Origin: a bacterium
Lineage (GTDB): Bacteria; Patescibacteriota; Minisyncoccia; JAHIHE01
Direction of reading: 5' to 3'
DNA length: 64,000 nucleotides
Assembly (NCBI GenBank): GCA_030693205.1
Contig: JAUYBG010000010.1
Coordinates: 130,059 to 194,058 of the forward strand
In this document: positions 46,843-57,206 of the stretch, in pieces
Layout: every line of letters starts with the position of its first letter
How positions within the stretch are numbered: the stretch's first letter is position 1
The notes under the pieces: model-generated
Databases searched by the model: none
Told to the model about the DNA's origin: nothing
Seen by the model: the letters and a program-made list of their open reading frames with translations, nothing else
Made by a program: the position numbers and the translations under genes

Positions 46843-49026
46843 ATGCTACAATTGCTTACTGCTATTATTTTTTATATTTTTACCGTTTTATCCGTTTTTT
46901 GGGAACCGGTGATCAATAAATTCGGTTCTATCCAGTGGGACGCGGTTAATGTCCATTTTTTTAATTTATTTTTTTCTTCGGAAACATGGAACAAAGGATT
47001 TCTCCCTCTGTGGACGCCTTATATCTTCGCCGGTTTCCCGCAAATTGCCGACCTTCAAGTCGCCTTTTTTTATCCCATAAATCTCCTTATAGGCATATTC
47101 TCTATTTTTACCCCGGAGCTGATTATGCACCAAATAATTCTGCATTATTTTTTCGCCGGCTTTTTTGCCTTTCTCCTGGCCAGATATTTAAGCAAAAATT
47201 TTTGGTTCAGCCTCGCCGCAGGAATAGTTTATTCTTTCGGCGGATTTATGGCGGCGCACGCTTCGCATGTCGGCATGCAGAACACCGCTTCATGGCTTCC
47301 TTTGATCTTTTTATTTTTAATAATCGCCTTAAAAAAAGCGAAAACTTCCTATGCCGCGCTTGGCGGATTATTTTTGAGTTTTGCGATTCTCGCCGGACAT
47401 TTTCAAATGTCCCTCTATATCGCCTACGCTATCGCTTTTTATTTTATCTTCGACGTCGCATGGACAATTGCCGGCAGTGATGATAAAACAGACAATAAAA
47501 AAATCCTTTATTCGGTTTTACACAAAGTCCAGATTGTTTCGATAATTTATATTATCGCTTTTCTTATTTCAGCCATACAGCTTTTACCCACCTATGAACT
47601 GACGCAGCAATCAAACCGCGCCAAAATTACCCTGGAAATGTCTCAAACCGAAAGTTTAAACCCCAAGAGCCTGAAAAGCCTTATCGAGCCGAATTATAAC
47701 AATGTATCCTATGGCGCGCCTTATACGGGACCGTGGGACAGAACGCAAAATTATCTCTATCTTGGCAGCGCTATAATTATGCTGGCCGCTCTGGGAGCGA
47801 TCATTGGAATTTTTTATCGCAGCACGCGCAAAATGACGCTTTTCTGGCTTACGCTTTTAATTCTTAGCCTATTCTATAGTTTTGGCGAATTTGGATTTTT
47901 ACAAAAATATTTTTACCGCTTTGCGCCGTTTTTTGACAAAATACGCGCACCAGCCAATATGATGCTGCTTTTTAATCTTTCCGTTATCGGGCTTGCGTCA
48001 TCTTTTTTTGCGATAATCAATAATTTTTTTTCAAAACTCGAAAATCCTCCGGCAGCGGAAAAAACACGATCAACGCATAATTTTTTATATGTTTTCGGTA
48101 AAATATTCTTTAAGCGCGCGCCCGCTTTTTTGGGAATAATATCCTTCCTGATAATTGCGCAGGAAATTTTACCCGCTGCCGAACTTAATACTTTGCTTTA
48201 TAGCCGCCAAAAGACCAGCGAGGTTTTCGCCGTCCCGCCCATCGCCCTGAAAATAGCGGATGAATACAGCCGCCTCGATGAAATTAATAAATTCAGAATT
48301 TTCAAAGTATCCGGACTCGATTCCAACTCAACCCAGATGCGCCATATTTTTGCCTTTGACGGATACAACCCCCTTTCGCTCAGGCGCCACGCGAACTACA
48401 CGGACGCCATGGTAAAAAACGCGAGGTTGATCGACCTCGCGGGCATAAAATATTTACCCTGCGAATTCATAGCCAGTCGGGCGACCGATCTCGAAAAAAT
48501 CGGAACGCTCTGCGTAAATAAAAATTATTCCAAACTTGCATTTTTTATCGATGATTATATACTCGCTGAAAACGAAACGGAATCTTTACAAAAGACACAA
48601 GAGGTTGACCTGGAAAAAATCATCGTACTGGAAGAAACCCCCGAGAAAAAAACCAATGGCGAGAATTATCCCAAAAATGACCTGCCGGAAAAAACCAATG
48701 AAATATCGGTCGTTGAGTTTCACCCGGGTTTTTGGCGCTTGGCGGTAAAAAACGACAAAAGCGCTTTTTTGTTCTTAAGTCAGGCAAACTATCCGGGGTG
48801 GACCGCAAAAATAGACGATCTACCGGTAAAAATATATCAAGCGGATTATCTTTTCCAGGCTGTCTTTGTTCCTGGCGGAAAACACGAAATAATCATAAAA
48901 TATGAACCCAGGCCATTGATAATTGGAACAATATTGACTATAATTGGTCTATCGTCTGTTTTCCTCATCGTGCTATATGATTTCTGCAAAAAAAGAAAAT
49001 CCCTTAAAAGACTCAGCGGAAACTAA
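46843..49026 (+). CDS. YfhO-family polytopic membrane glycosyltransferase-like protein
   Basis: 727 aa, about 12 TM helices plus a C-terminal extracytoplasmic domain. N-terminal region resembles YfhO. Confidence 0.55.
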   Translation: MLQLLTAIIFYIFTVLSVFWEPVINKFGSIQWDAVNVHFFNLFFSSETWNKGFLPLWTPYIFAGFPQIADLQVAFFYPINLLIGIFSIFTPELIMHQIILHYFFAGFFAFLLARYLSKNFWFSLAAGIVYSFGGFMAAHASHVGMQNTASWLPLIFLFLIIALKKAKTSYAALGGLFLSFAILAGHFQMSLYIAYAIAFYFIFDVAWTIAGSDDKTDNKKILYSVLHKVQIVSIIYIIAFLISAIQLLPTYELTQQSNRAKITLEMSQTESLNPKSLKSLIEPNYNNVSYGAPYTGPWDRTQNYLYLGSAIIMLAALGAIIGIFYRSTRKMTLFWLTLLILSLFYSFGEFGFLQKYFYRFAPFFDKIRAPANMMLLFNLSVIGLASSFFAIINNFFSKLENPPAAEKTRSTHNFLYVFGKIFFKRAPAFLGIISFLIIAQEILPAAELNTLLYSRQKTSEVFAVPPIALKIADEYSRLDEINKFRIFKVSGLDSNSTQMRHIFAFDGYNPLSLRRHANYTDAMVKNARLIDLAGIKYLPCEFIASRATDLEKIGTLCVNKNYSKLAFFIDDYILAENETESLQKTQEVDLEKIIVLEETPEKKTNGENYPKNDLPEKTNEISVVEFHPGFWRLAVKNDKSAFLFLSQANYPGWTAKIDDLPVKIYQADYLFQAVFVPGGKHEIIIKYEPRPLIIGTILTIIGLSSVFLIVLYDFCKKRKSLKRLSGN

Positions 49027-49062
49027 CCGTTTGCACAGTCCCTTATTAATAAAACAATAAGC

Positions 49063-50145
49063 ATGAAAATTTCCAGCCAATTCAATAAATCATTGTTTTT
49101 TACCGTTACTCTGATCGTCGGAGGATTTCTTTTTATTACCATTATAGAAAAGGTCGGGGTTGAAAATATCATTAAAACCGTTTTAACCTTTCAACTCTGG
49201 CATTTTTTTGTCCTGGTGGCGCTAGGTATGATTTCGGCTCTTATTTCCACTACGCGCTGGAAACTTATCCTTGATGCTACGGGTAACACCACGCCTTTCG
49301 GAAAAGTTTTTACCGCCAGAATGATCGGCAACGCCATCAATTACCTTACCCCTTCCGGCTTATTGCTGGGCGAACCGTTCAAAGCAATGGTTCTTTCGGG
49401 AAAAACAGGATTAAGCTTGGGATCAACCATGTCTTCAGTCATAATCGAGGGGTCCATTTTTCTAAGCACTATGCTTCTGTTCATTATTGTCGGTATTTTG
49501 GCTTTTCTTTCCTATTCGGATGTTTCCCGGAAAATATTCGCCATCACTATCGGAACCTTGATCATTCTCCTGGGCGTTTTTTACCTTTTCTTTACCAAAA
49601 TGGTAAAACCATCCGGCACTGCAGCCGAAAAAGGCTTTTTTACCTACCTTATCGATCTCCTGCGTTTGCATAAAATTTCCTTTATCGACAGTTTGAAAAA
49701 TAAAATTATCCGCCGTGAAAATGAAATAAAAAACTTTTTCCAGCTCCACAAAAAAACGGTTTTTACCGCGATCTTCTTATCTGCTTTGGAAATAATGATT
49801 ACGCTTGCCGCCTCCTGGCTGACACTTTACTTTTTAGGCTTGATCGTCGAATTAAAAGCCCTGCTTGGACTTTTTTCTTTAATGAATATTTCCTATCTGG
49901 TCCCATTGCCCGGATCGCTGGGAGGGTTCGAACTTTCTCAAATCTTTGCTTTCGGATTTTTTAGCCTGGGCGGACAAGCTACCGCTCTGGCCTTTACTTT
50001 GATCACCCGCCTAACAAGCTTAGTACTTGTAGCGATAGGTATCGGCTATCTGATCCAGTTTGAGTTAATCGTCATTTTGAATAAAACCGCTGATTTTTCA
50101 ATCAAATTAAAACAAAAAATCAGAGGCTTTTTACAAAGCCTCTGA
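49063..50145 (+). CDS. Flippase-like (UPF0104 / lysyl-PG-synthase TM-region-like) membrane protein
   Basis: 360 aa, 8 TM. Conserved Arg-Trp (TTRWKLIL) after TM2 as in UPF0104. Confidence 0.5.
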   Translation: MKISSQFNKSLFFTVTLIVGGFLFITIIEKVGVENIIKTVLTFQLWHFFVLVALGMISALISTTRWKLILDATGNTTPFGKVFTARMIGNAINYLTPSGLLLGEPFKAMVLSGKTGLSLGSTMSSVIIEGSIFLSTMLLFIIVGILAFLSYSDVSRKIFAITIGTLIILLGVFYLFFTKMVKPSGTAAEKGFFTYLIDLLRLHKISFIDSLKNKIIRRENEIKNFFQLHKKTVFTAIFLSALEIMITLAASWLTLYFLGLIVELKALLGLFSLMNISYLVPLPGSLGGFELSQIFAFGFFSLGGQATALAFTLITRLTSLVLVAIGIGYLIQFELIVILNKTADFSIKLKQKIRGFLQSL

Positions 50146-50167
50146 AATTCCAAGCGCCTCTAACGCT

Positions 50168-50869
50168 TTATCGCTCAAATTTTGCCGAATTATAAACCAC
50201 GTTTCTTGCATAGATCTGAGCCATCTTACCGCCACCATTGTGTCTGGAAATGGCATAAAGCCTATCTATCTTATAACCATTGGTTATAAGATTTTTTACT
50301 GTCCACTCGGTTGAACATTCGAAATCCATAGCGCAGGCATCGGAAACTTTATGCAATTTGGTCTGAATGTGGTACCAGCCTCTGCTTTTGCCGCCGTCCC
50401 CGGTCATTGCTTTACCGTCAAAACTTTCTTTCTCGCGCATCGCTTTTAGATCCTGCCAGCAAGGCAAGGCATATATCCCGGCAGCTTCACAAATCTTTTT
50501 GGCTAGATTATTCTTTCCTTCTTCTGAAATAGCGGTAAATTCTTCTTCTGCAACCTTTTTAGTTAAAGTCAAAACAATAACTTTATTGACCTTGTTGCTT
50601 TTTTCTATTGCTGGTTTAACAGGAACCGCGACTGTCTTATAATTTTCTTTATTTTTGCTGTCCAAATCGGCAATATTAACAAAAGAAAGATTATTTTTCC
50701 CTAAAACAAGCGGTAAAACCTCTGCTTTTTCAGAAAAACTGAAATTAAAAACATTATTCTTGCCAATATTGCTTGCAAGCGCTACTTGAGGAAAAAACAA
50801 ACCGAGCGCTAAGCCTGCCAATGAAACAGTGGCTATTGACAATTCTACGATTTTATGGTATATACTCAT
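50168..50869 (-). CDS. Hypothetical secreted protein
   Basis: Signal peptide then a 200-aa domain. No confident motif. Confidence 0.4.
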   Translation of the reverse strand: MSIYHKIVELSIATVSLAGLALGLFFPQVALASNIGKNNVFNFSFSEKAEVLPLVLGKNNLSFVNIADLDSKNKENYKTVAVPVKPAIEKSNKVNKVIVLTLTKKVAEEEFTAISEEGKNNLAKKICEAAGIYALPCWQDLKAMREKESFDGKAMTGDGGKSRGWYHIQTKLHKVSDACAMDFECSTEWTVKNLITNGYKIDRLYAISRHNGGGKMAQIYARNVVYNSAKFER

Positions 50870-51102
50870 TTTAAATTATTGCGGACTAGTGTTGCTTAAT
50901 CCTTTATTAGAAACATTATTGGCCTTCCTGTGTTTAAGCTTAATTGAACCAATAAAAAAACAGCTTTTAAAAGCCTGTTATGCAACTATCAAGTATAGCA
51001 TATTATAGATTTTTGTCAAGAAGAAATAGGCATACACAAGGAAGGTAAAACTCAACAAAAAAGCAAAATTAAAAGGAGCTTAAAGCTCCTTTTAATTCAT
51101 AT

Positions 51103-51285
51103 TTAGTGGACCTAGACAGAATCGAACTGTCGTCTCCGCAATGCGAATGCGGCGTCTTACCACTGGACTATAGGCCCAAATCCGCTGAAAGCGGATTAAC
51201 CACATAACCAATAACCATAACTAATAACAATTTGGTTATCGGTTATAAGTTATCGATTATTAGTTATTTTGGTCGCAATTGCTGA
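51103..51285. repeat. Direct repeat A (~183 bp) containing tRNA-Ala and its 5' spacer hairpin; left boundary of the island
   Basis: About 97% identical to 59059-59236, with 4-5 differences that are partly compensatory within the spacer palindrome. Confidence 0.85.
51107..51177 (-). tRNA. tRNA-Ala (CGC), copy A
   Basis: Acceptor GGGCCTA with G3:U70, anticodon loop TTCGCAT, T-loop TTCGATT. No encoded CCA. Confidence 0.85.
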
Positions 51286-51607
51286 ACGAAGCTCGAACCT
51301 TTTTTGAACAAAAAATGCTTGATTAGCTCCGCTCCGCGTTTCCGCCCGCCGAACTTCGGCAAGCAAAGCAAAACAATTTTCTTTCAATTTTTTAACGCCC
51401 GCCCGCCAAATTTTTCTTAAAAGGAATTGAAAATTGTTTTGCTTTGATGTCTTGATACCAAGACGGCGGGAACGCTTCACTTCGGCTCGGGCGTGGCGGA
51501 ATTCCTCCCCCCAACCCCCTCCTTCCGCCACGCCCTCGCTCGGACTGCCCTTTTTTTCGGCGGAATTGGAGGCCGTGCCAATTTCATTGGCGCGCCGCCT
51601 CAAATTT

Positions 51608-53152
51608 TCAATCTTTTCTGTATCCTACACGAATTATCGGAATATATCCAGCATTAGCACATTGCCGTTGCCATTCGGCAATCTTTATTAAAAATATCAG
51701 TGATTTGATTTCCGATATTTTTTTTATTTCTGTCTGTCTATCAAAAATGAGCCAAAGACAAATTTCTTTTGGCTTTATTTCTTGATCATTGATTTGGATT
51801 GTTGATGTTTGACTTTGTAAAATTTTTATCGTAGCAAGGGCTTGGTCTACTACATACCCCAGTTTTTGCGGAGTGCCAATTTTTACAAAATATGCAACAT
51901 TATCTTTGTATAAATCCATTTTTTCTATTTTGTATTGCTGTTGAAGTGTTGCAATATCTCGATCTAAATTTTTGTAGCCTTCATTTTCTCGCAAAGAATT
52001 AAAATAATACTCGGCGTAGCCATGCGATGTTCTTTCTTTATCAGATAAGGCATTACGCCATTGTGTAAATGCTGAATTGGAAAAATTGATGTCAGAAATT
52101 TCGACTTTAATTCGCTCATCAATTTGTTTTTTTAAAAATTCAATATAATTTTGATTGAAAATGTGCCATTTGCCGTCAAGCAAAAAATGTCTATCATCAT
52201 CAACATAATCAAGAAAATATTTTAATGGTTTTGTATATCCTTTGTTATGCTCATCTGAAACTTTAACTTTGATGTCATTGATACTTGTCGTCAAATTTAT
52301 ATTTTGCTGATTAACAAAATTTCGGAGAGTAGCAAGATTAAGCTCTCCGTCAATGTCTTGACGCTGACGATTGAAAATAAAGCGATATTGATTTTTATCA
52401 AGAAATACAAAATCAACACCAGAAACTGTTGCCTCTGATGGTTGAAGCCCAGCATTTGTGCTATTTAAAATCTCCTGTGCTAACTTTTGATCTAATTCCG
52501 CAATTTTTGTTTCATCGTTTATGGTGGTAGCGCGTGGCAAAACAATTTTTGCTTCTTTCTGTAATTCTTCTTCGACAGATTTTATCAACTCCGGCAAGTC
52601 GTCAGGGATAATTTCAAGGTGTAATTGAGCAGAATTTCCAAAACTGCCAACCTCGCCCCATTTTTCATCATCTATTGTTTTTGCTTTTACATAGTGAATT
52701 GACTCGCCACTATCATATTCAAATTCACTATTTTCTTGATACGAAATAATTGTCTTGCTTTTCTTCCCGCCAAACAATTTTGAATTTTTAAGTTTTAGGT
52801 TGTTGTTATCTGCAATTCTCTCCGCAAGATTTATTCCAAAATCAGTATCACAAAAATCTTTTAGATAGAAATGCGACTTACCCATACTGATTGCATAAAG
52901 CAAAGAGGTATTTGAAATAAGAAAAATCGCAAAATATGCTTTATTTGTTAGCTTTTCATCGGTGCCAAGATATTCGGCATATAAATCCGTCCACCAAATA
53001 TCAATATCTTCTGGCTTTTTTGAGAGATAAAGCGAAAGAGTAAAATCATTTATTATTTTTTGACCGGAACGCGAAAGACCGACGGCTTCTAATTTTTCCA
53101 ATAAAGCCGCTTCTTTTGTTTTATCAATTTTGTAGATATTGTATTTCGCCAT
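51608..53152 (-). CDS. Hypothetical protein (514 aa), last gene of the island operon
   Basis: Good coding look, 4-bp gap to the upstream res gene. No recognisable catalytic motif. Confidence 0.5.
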   Translation of the reverse strand: MAKYNIYKIDKTKEAALLEKLEAVGLSRSGQKIINDFTLSLYLSKKPEDIDIWWTDLYAEYLGTDEKLTNKAYFAIFLISNTSLLYAISMGKSHFYLKDFCDTDFGINLAERIADNNNLKLKNSKLFGGKKSKTIISYQENSEFEYDSGESIHYVKAKTIDDEKWGEVGSFGNSAQLHLEIIPDDLPELIKSVEEELQKEAKIVLPRATTINDETKIAELDQKLAQEILNSTNAGLQPSEATVSGVDFVFLDKNQYRFIFNRQRQDIDGELNLATLRNFVNQQNINLTTSINDIKVKVSDEHNKGYTKPLKYFLDYVDDDRHFLLDGKWHIFNQNYIEFLKKQIDERIKVEISDINFSNSAFTQWRNALSDKERTSHGYAEYYFNSLRENEGYKNLDRDIATLQQQYKIEKMDLYKDNVAYFVKIGTPQKLGYVVDQALATIKILQSQTSTIQINDQEIKPKEICLWLIFDRQTEIKKISEIKSLIFLIKIAEWQRQCANAGYIPIIRVGYRKD

Positions 53153-53155
53153 AAT

Positions 53156-55510
53156 TTAGTTTAAATCCTCAAACTTCTTCCAATTCTTATCTAACTTACC
53201 CGGAATGTATTTATAATCTTTTGAATCGTTATAATGCCAAATTCCACCCTCTTTTAAAACTATCCCGCCTACAAAATTTTTACCAAGCTCTTTTAATTTT
53301 TCTGCTAAAGCCGGTGCCCGACCCTCGGTGTCGGTAGCAGTTCTTCCGCTCTTTGTATCAAAAATGCCAACCTTGCCGTCTTTGAATTTTATAATCCAAT
53401 CGGGATAGAAAAGAGAAAATTTTTGATCGGCAGTATTGAAGTATTTTATCGCAAAATATTCTTGGCCGATTTCTTGTTTAAACCACCAGTCAATTTTATT
53501 TTTCTTGCCATCAATATAACTGATAAATTCAGTTTCATTTGGTTTTCCGTCATATTCTTTTCTTATGTAAAAATTTTCTAAAACATTAAGCGTCACAGAC
53601 GAATTTTCATAATCTTCTGTATAACTATAACTTTCTTGAATAGTAAAAATTGGAGCTTCCTTTTCCTCGCCCTTTTTCGCTCTTTCAGCCAATATCTTTT
53701 CTAAAATTGGTCTATAATTTTTTAGGGAATGTGTAAGGGCTGGACGAAAAACGCTAGTTGCACCTTTTTGTATATCCTTTATAAAAACACGATAATAGTA
53801 ATCACAATTTTCACCTAAAACGCTTTTGAACCAAACTCTAACCGCCTTTTTCAACGGACTCCAAGATCGAGCAATGTTCGTTATTTTTGCCTTATCTTCC
53901 GTTTGTTCTTTCAGTAGTTGGAAACATAAATAATTAAAAGTTTTTTCAACATCATTTTGGGACATTTCCAAAGATACATCATGTCCTTTTTTCTGGAATT
54001 CAAAATTGATTCTGTCGTAATCTTCAAATTGTGCGTCAACAATTATCTGGTTAGTAATTGAAGAATCTAAATCAAATCCTTTTTTGGATAGTTTTTTTTC
54101 CGCTTTTCCAAAGATATCATCTTTATCAATTACAAAATAACTATTCATTGATTTGATAAAACTTGCTTGAAATTTTGCGGAATTACTTAAATCTCCATAA
54201 TCAACGCGCGAAACATAAGCAGATTGAAGTTGGATATTCTTTATTCCCTTTTTTCTTTTTGAAATATAAACTGCCGGTTTATTTTGTGTTTTATCAATCC
54301 AATTGTCGGTTATGTCTTTTCTGTTGTAGTTTGTGTATAGGTAACCAATTCTTAAATTTGGGCTACTTTTATAATCTTCTTTCAGATTTGGCTCTGGCAT
54401 TCTCAAAATTCTGCCAACTGTTTGGATATAACGCTGTTCAACTCTAACATTTCTAAACATCACTAACACATGAGCGCGCGGGCAATCCCAACCTGTGCCA
54501 GCGGCAAGTTTAAAGAGTAAAATATCATAATCGTCTTCGTTATCCTCGATTCCATCCGGTTTAGGAAATTTATCAAACCATCGCCCTATCTTATTTTCTT
54601 TTATCCCCTTCTTTTTTAAATAGTCGCTTGTTATTTGTTCTTTTGTTTTCTCGCCTACCTGCACGCGTTCTTTGTCGTCATTCGGCAGTTGAATAAGTAG
54701 TAAGGGATTAACTTTTTTGCCAAGTTTTTCAAATTCCTCTTTCAACTCCTCTCTTTTTGCTAAACCAATATCTAAAAGCGCTTCGTCCAAATCTTTACCT
54801 TGAAATTTAGGCAAATCTTCTTTTGTTTGGGTAACAATTTTTTCTTTTATCAATCCTTCTGCAACGACTCGCTTTCTATCAACATCAACAAATCCGCCAT
54901 CTCTTCTCGCGATTAATTCGATTTCATCATTGGGCGTTGCTGAAATGTGGACAACGATTTTTGGATCAATATAATCCACAATTTGTTGAGCCAACTCAGT
55001 TTTTACATGGGTATGTGCCTCGTCAATAATTAAAATTATTGCCCTGCCATTCTTTTTGGTCCCATCAATAAAGTCCTCAAAATATTTACCGCTTTCTTTC
55101 CGCATGTTCTCATCATCTGGTCTTCGCAAAATCCTACTCTCGGCTGATTTTGCAGAAACTTTTTGCCAATTCAGAAACAAAATATCATTTTTAAACATTT
55201 TGCCTCTGTTAATGTTATTTACGGTTAGCAAATTATTTTCAAGCGTATTTTCAAAATATTCTTCAAATTTTTTCTTGCTTTGCATTGCAAGATCATCGCT
55301 AAAAGTAATCCAAACAAATGCCTTATCCATATCCCAGTTAGGTAATTTATTAAGACCACGGACAAAATGCGCCATCATAAAAGTTTTACCGCTTCCTGTT
55401 GGCGATTTGAAAACTAAAGGCAATTGCTTGCCGTCTTTTTTCCATAGCTCCGTAAGAGTAAAAAGCAATTTGTCTATGGTATCTCTTTGAAATGGTAAAG
55501 GATTGAACAT
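53156..55510 (-). CDS. res: Type III restriction enzyme Res subunit (SF2 helicase + C-terminal PD-(D/E)xK nuclease)
   Basis: Walker A SPTGSGKT, DEAH box IIDEAHT, motif VI QTVGRILR. C-terminal YPDW...IFDTKSG nuclease motif. Confidence 0.8.
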   Translation of the reverse strand: MFNPLPFQRDTIDKLLFTLTELWKKDGKQLPLVFKSPTGSGKTFMMAHFVRGLNKLPNWDMDKAFVWITFSDDLAMQSKKKFEEYFENTLENNLLTVNNINRGKMFKNDILFLNWQKVSAKSAESRILRRPDDENMRKESGKYFEDFIDGTKKNGRAIILIIDEAHTHVKTELAQQIVDYIDPKIVVHISATPNDEIELIARRDGGFVDVDRKRVVAEGLIKEKIVTQTKEDLPKFQGKDLDEALLDIGLAKREELKEEFEKLGKKVNPLLLIQLPNDDKERVQVGEKTKEQITSDYLKKKGIKENKIGRWFDKFPKPDGIEDNEDDYDILLFKLAAGTGWDCPRAHVLVMFRNVRVEQRYIQTVGRILRMPEPNLKEDYKSSPNLRIGYLYTNYNRKDITDNWIDKTQNKPAVYISKRKKGIKNIQLQSAYVSRVDYGDLSNSAKFQASFIKSMNSYFVIDKDDIFGKAEKKLSKKGFDLDSSITNQIIVDAQFEDYDRINFEFQKKGHDVSLEMSQNDVEKTFNYLCFQLLKEQTEDKAKITNIARSWSPLKKAVRVWFKSVLGENCDYYYRVFIKDIQKGATSVFRPALTHSLKNYRPILEKILAERAKKGEEKEAPIFTIQESYSYTEDYENSSVTLNVLENFYIRKEYDGKPNETEFISYIDGKKNKIDWWFKQEIGQEYFAIKYFNTADQKFSLFYPDWIIKFKDGKVGIFDTKSGRTATDTEGRAPALAEKLKELGKNFVGGIVLKEGGIWHYNDSKDYKYIPGKLDKNWKKFEDLN

Positions 55511-55512
55511 AA

Positions 55513-57204
55513 TTAGTTAGTACTAATATTATAAATTTGCTTATATATTTCTAAAATCGGCAGAGGAATTGTTTTAATTTTTATTTGTTCTATATCGTCA
55601 AATTCTTCAATTTCTGCCTCATCTCCCCAGCTAAAAATATAAACCGCCGTTTGCTTTTTTAATTTCTTAATCATTTCTGCAAATTCATCAAACTTATCTA
55701 ATTCTTCGCGGAAATATACAGCAGTATATTTTTCTTTATTTCCATCCTTAAATAATTGATAAAATTTATTCTGTTTTGTTAGCTCTAAAGTGTTTTCAGC
55801 AATCGCTAATAATTCACCGGCATTGTGTGCAAGTTCAATTTTATCTTGATCGGTTGCGTTTAGGATATTGTTTTTACCAATGAAGGCGGCTTTATAATAC
55901 TTGAGCGAATTGCCAAGAGCGTTATATTTTTCTTTCTGTTTATTTGTATATCCGCTTATTACCCTTTTAATTCTTGGATAGCAAACACCTTTTAAAATAT
56001 TATTTTCATTGTTAGTTATTAAAATGAATTGCCTCTCTCCCTCATCTTCGGTATTAAGCTCTAATAAAGCCTGACCAGTAGTCCCCGAGCCAGCAAAAAA
56101 ATCTAATATTATTATTTTTTTATTTAAAACCGTATCCAAGAGAGTCTTTATAAGTCCAACCGGCTTTGGATATTCAAATTTATCTTCGAGATCAAACTTT
56201 CCAAGATCATTTTTGCCAACTTCCGACAAATACCCTTGGATTATCGTGTACATGACTTGTCGCATACTTCCCACTTCTTCTGATCTGCAAATATAATGCA
56301 TTCCGTTCTTTGCTTTTTTTAAAATATACTCACCATCAGCCAATTTTTTATCAACTTCGTCTTTTATCTTTTTACCTTTGTACTTCAAAAGATTTTCATA
56401 CTCGCATCTTCTTTCTGTTCCTTTTTTATATTTTCCAAAAACGCGACGAATCACATCGTCATTAATAAAATAAAGTTTCCCTTCTTTCATTAAATACCTG
56501 TCTTTAACTTTTCCAGATTGAAACTTCCGAATATGCTCGATTGCCTTATCGCCTTTTTGGGTTAAAGTGAGATCGTCACTATTTGAATAACAAAGTACAT
56601 AATCGTGACCCCTTACAACCTTCTTTGAATTGCCACCGCCCTTTGCTCTTTGCCAAATCAAGGTACCCATGAACCCCTTGCCAGAAGTGTTGCTAAAAAT
56701 ATCATCCATCAATAGTTTTAGTTGAGCCAATTCATTATCATCAATTGAAACAAAAATTATTCCTTCTTCGCTTAATAAATCTTTAGCTAATTCAAGACGC
56801 TTCCGCATAAAAGAAAGCCAATAACTGTGACGGAATGGATGATCTTTCGGGACCTCCGTTCCATCAGGAAATTTATCTAAAATTCTTTTGTCTTTATAGC
56901 GAAAACCATCAGAACCAGTATTGTATGGCGGATCAATATAAATAACATCAATTTTCCCTTTGTGAGTGTAATTTAGACAGGTTAAAGCGTGATAATTGTC
57001 GCCTTCAATTAAAATATGAGTTGGCTTGCCATCATTGTTTTTTATAGCAAGCTCCGGCACCTCTTTAAGAATTGGTAATTTATTTTCAACATCGTCTTCA
57101 AACGCTTCAGGAACATCCATCCAAACTAAACCATAGCGCTGTTTTTTTACAGATTTTTTTAATCTTTCTATTTCCTTTTTTAGTTTTAAAATTTCTTCGC
57201 TCAT
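55513..57204 (-). CDS. mod: Type III RM Mod subunit (beta-class N6-adenine MTase)
   Basis: DVIYIDPPYNTG (motif IV) precedes ILDFFAGSGTTGQA (motif I). 3-bp gap to res. Confidence 0.85.
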   Translation of the reverse strand: MSEEILKLKKEIERLKKSVKKQRYGLVWMDVPEAFEDDVENKLPILKEVPELAIKNNDGKPTHILIEGDNYHALTCLNYTHKGKIDVIYIDPPYNTGSDGFRYKDKRILDKFPDGTEVPKDHPFRHSYWLSFMRKRLELAKDLLSEEGIIFVSIDDNELAQLKLLMDDIFSNTSGKGFMGTLIWQRAKGGGNSKKVVRGHDYVLCYSNSDDLTLTQKGDKAIEHIRKFQSGKVKDRYLMKEGKLYFINDDVIRRVFGKYKKGTERRCEYENLLKYKGKKIKDEVDKKLADGEYILKKAKNGMHYICRSEEVGSMRQVMYTIIQGYLSEVGKNDLGKFDLEDKFEYPKPVGLIKTLLDTVLNKKIIILDFFAGSGTTGQALLELNTEDEGERQFILITNNENNILKGVCYPRIKRVISGYTNKQKEKYNALGNSLKYYKAAFIGKNNILNATDQDKIELAHNAGELLAIAENTLELTKQNKFYQLFKDGNKEKYTAVYFREELDKFDEFAEMIKKLKKQTAVYIFSWGDEAEIEEFDDIEQIKIKTIPLPILEIYKQIYNISTN

Positions 57205-57206
57205 AT

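Noticed and set aside
51250-51603. 117-aa ORF on the minus strand in the GC-rich region
   Set aside because: Low-complexity Arg/Gly/Ala-rich translation that overlaps repeat A and two long hairpins. More likely non-coding structure than protein.
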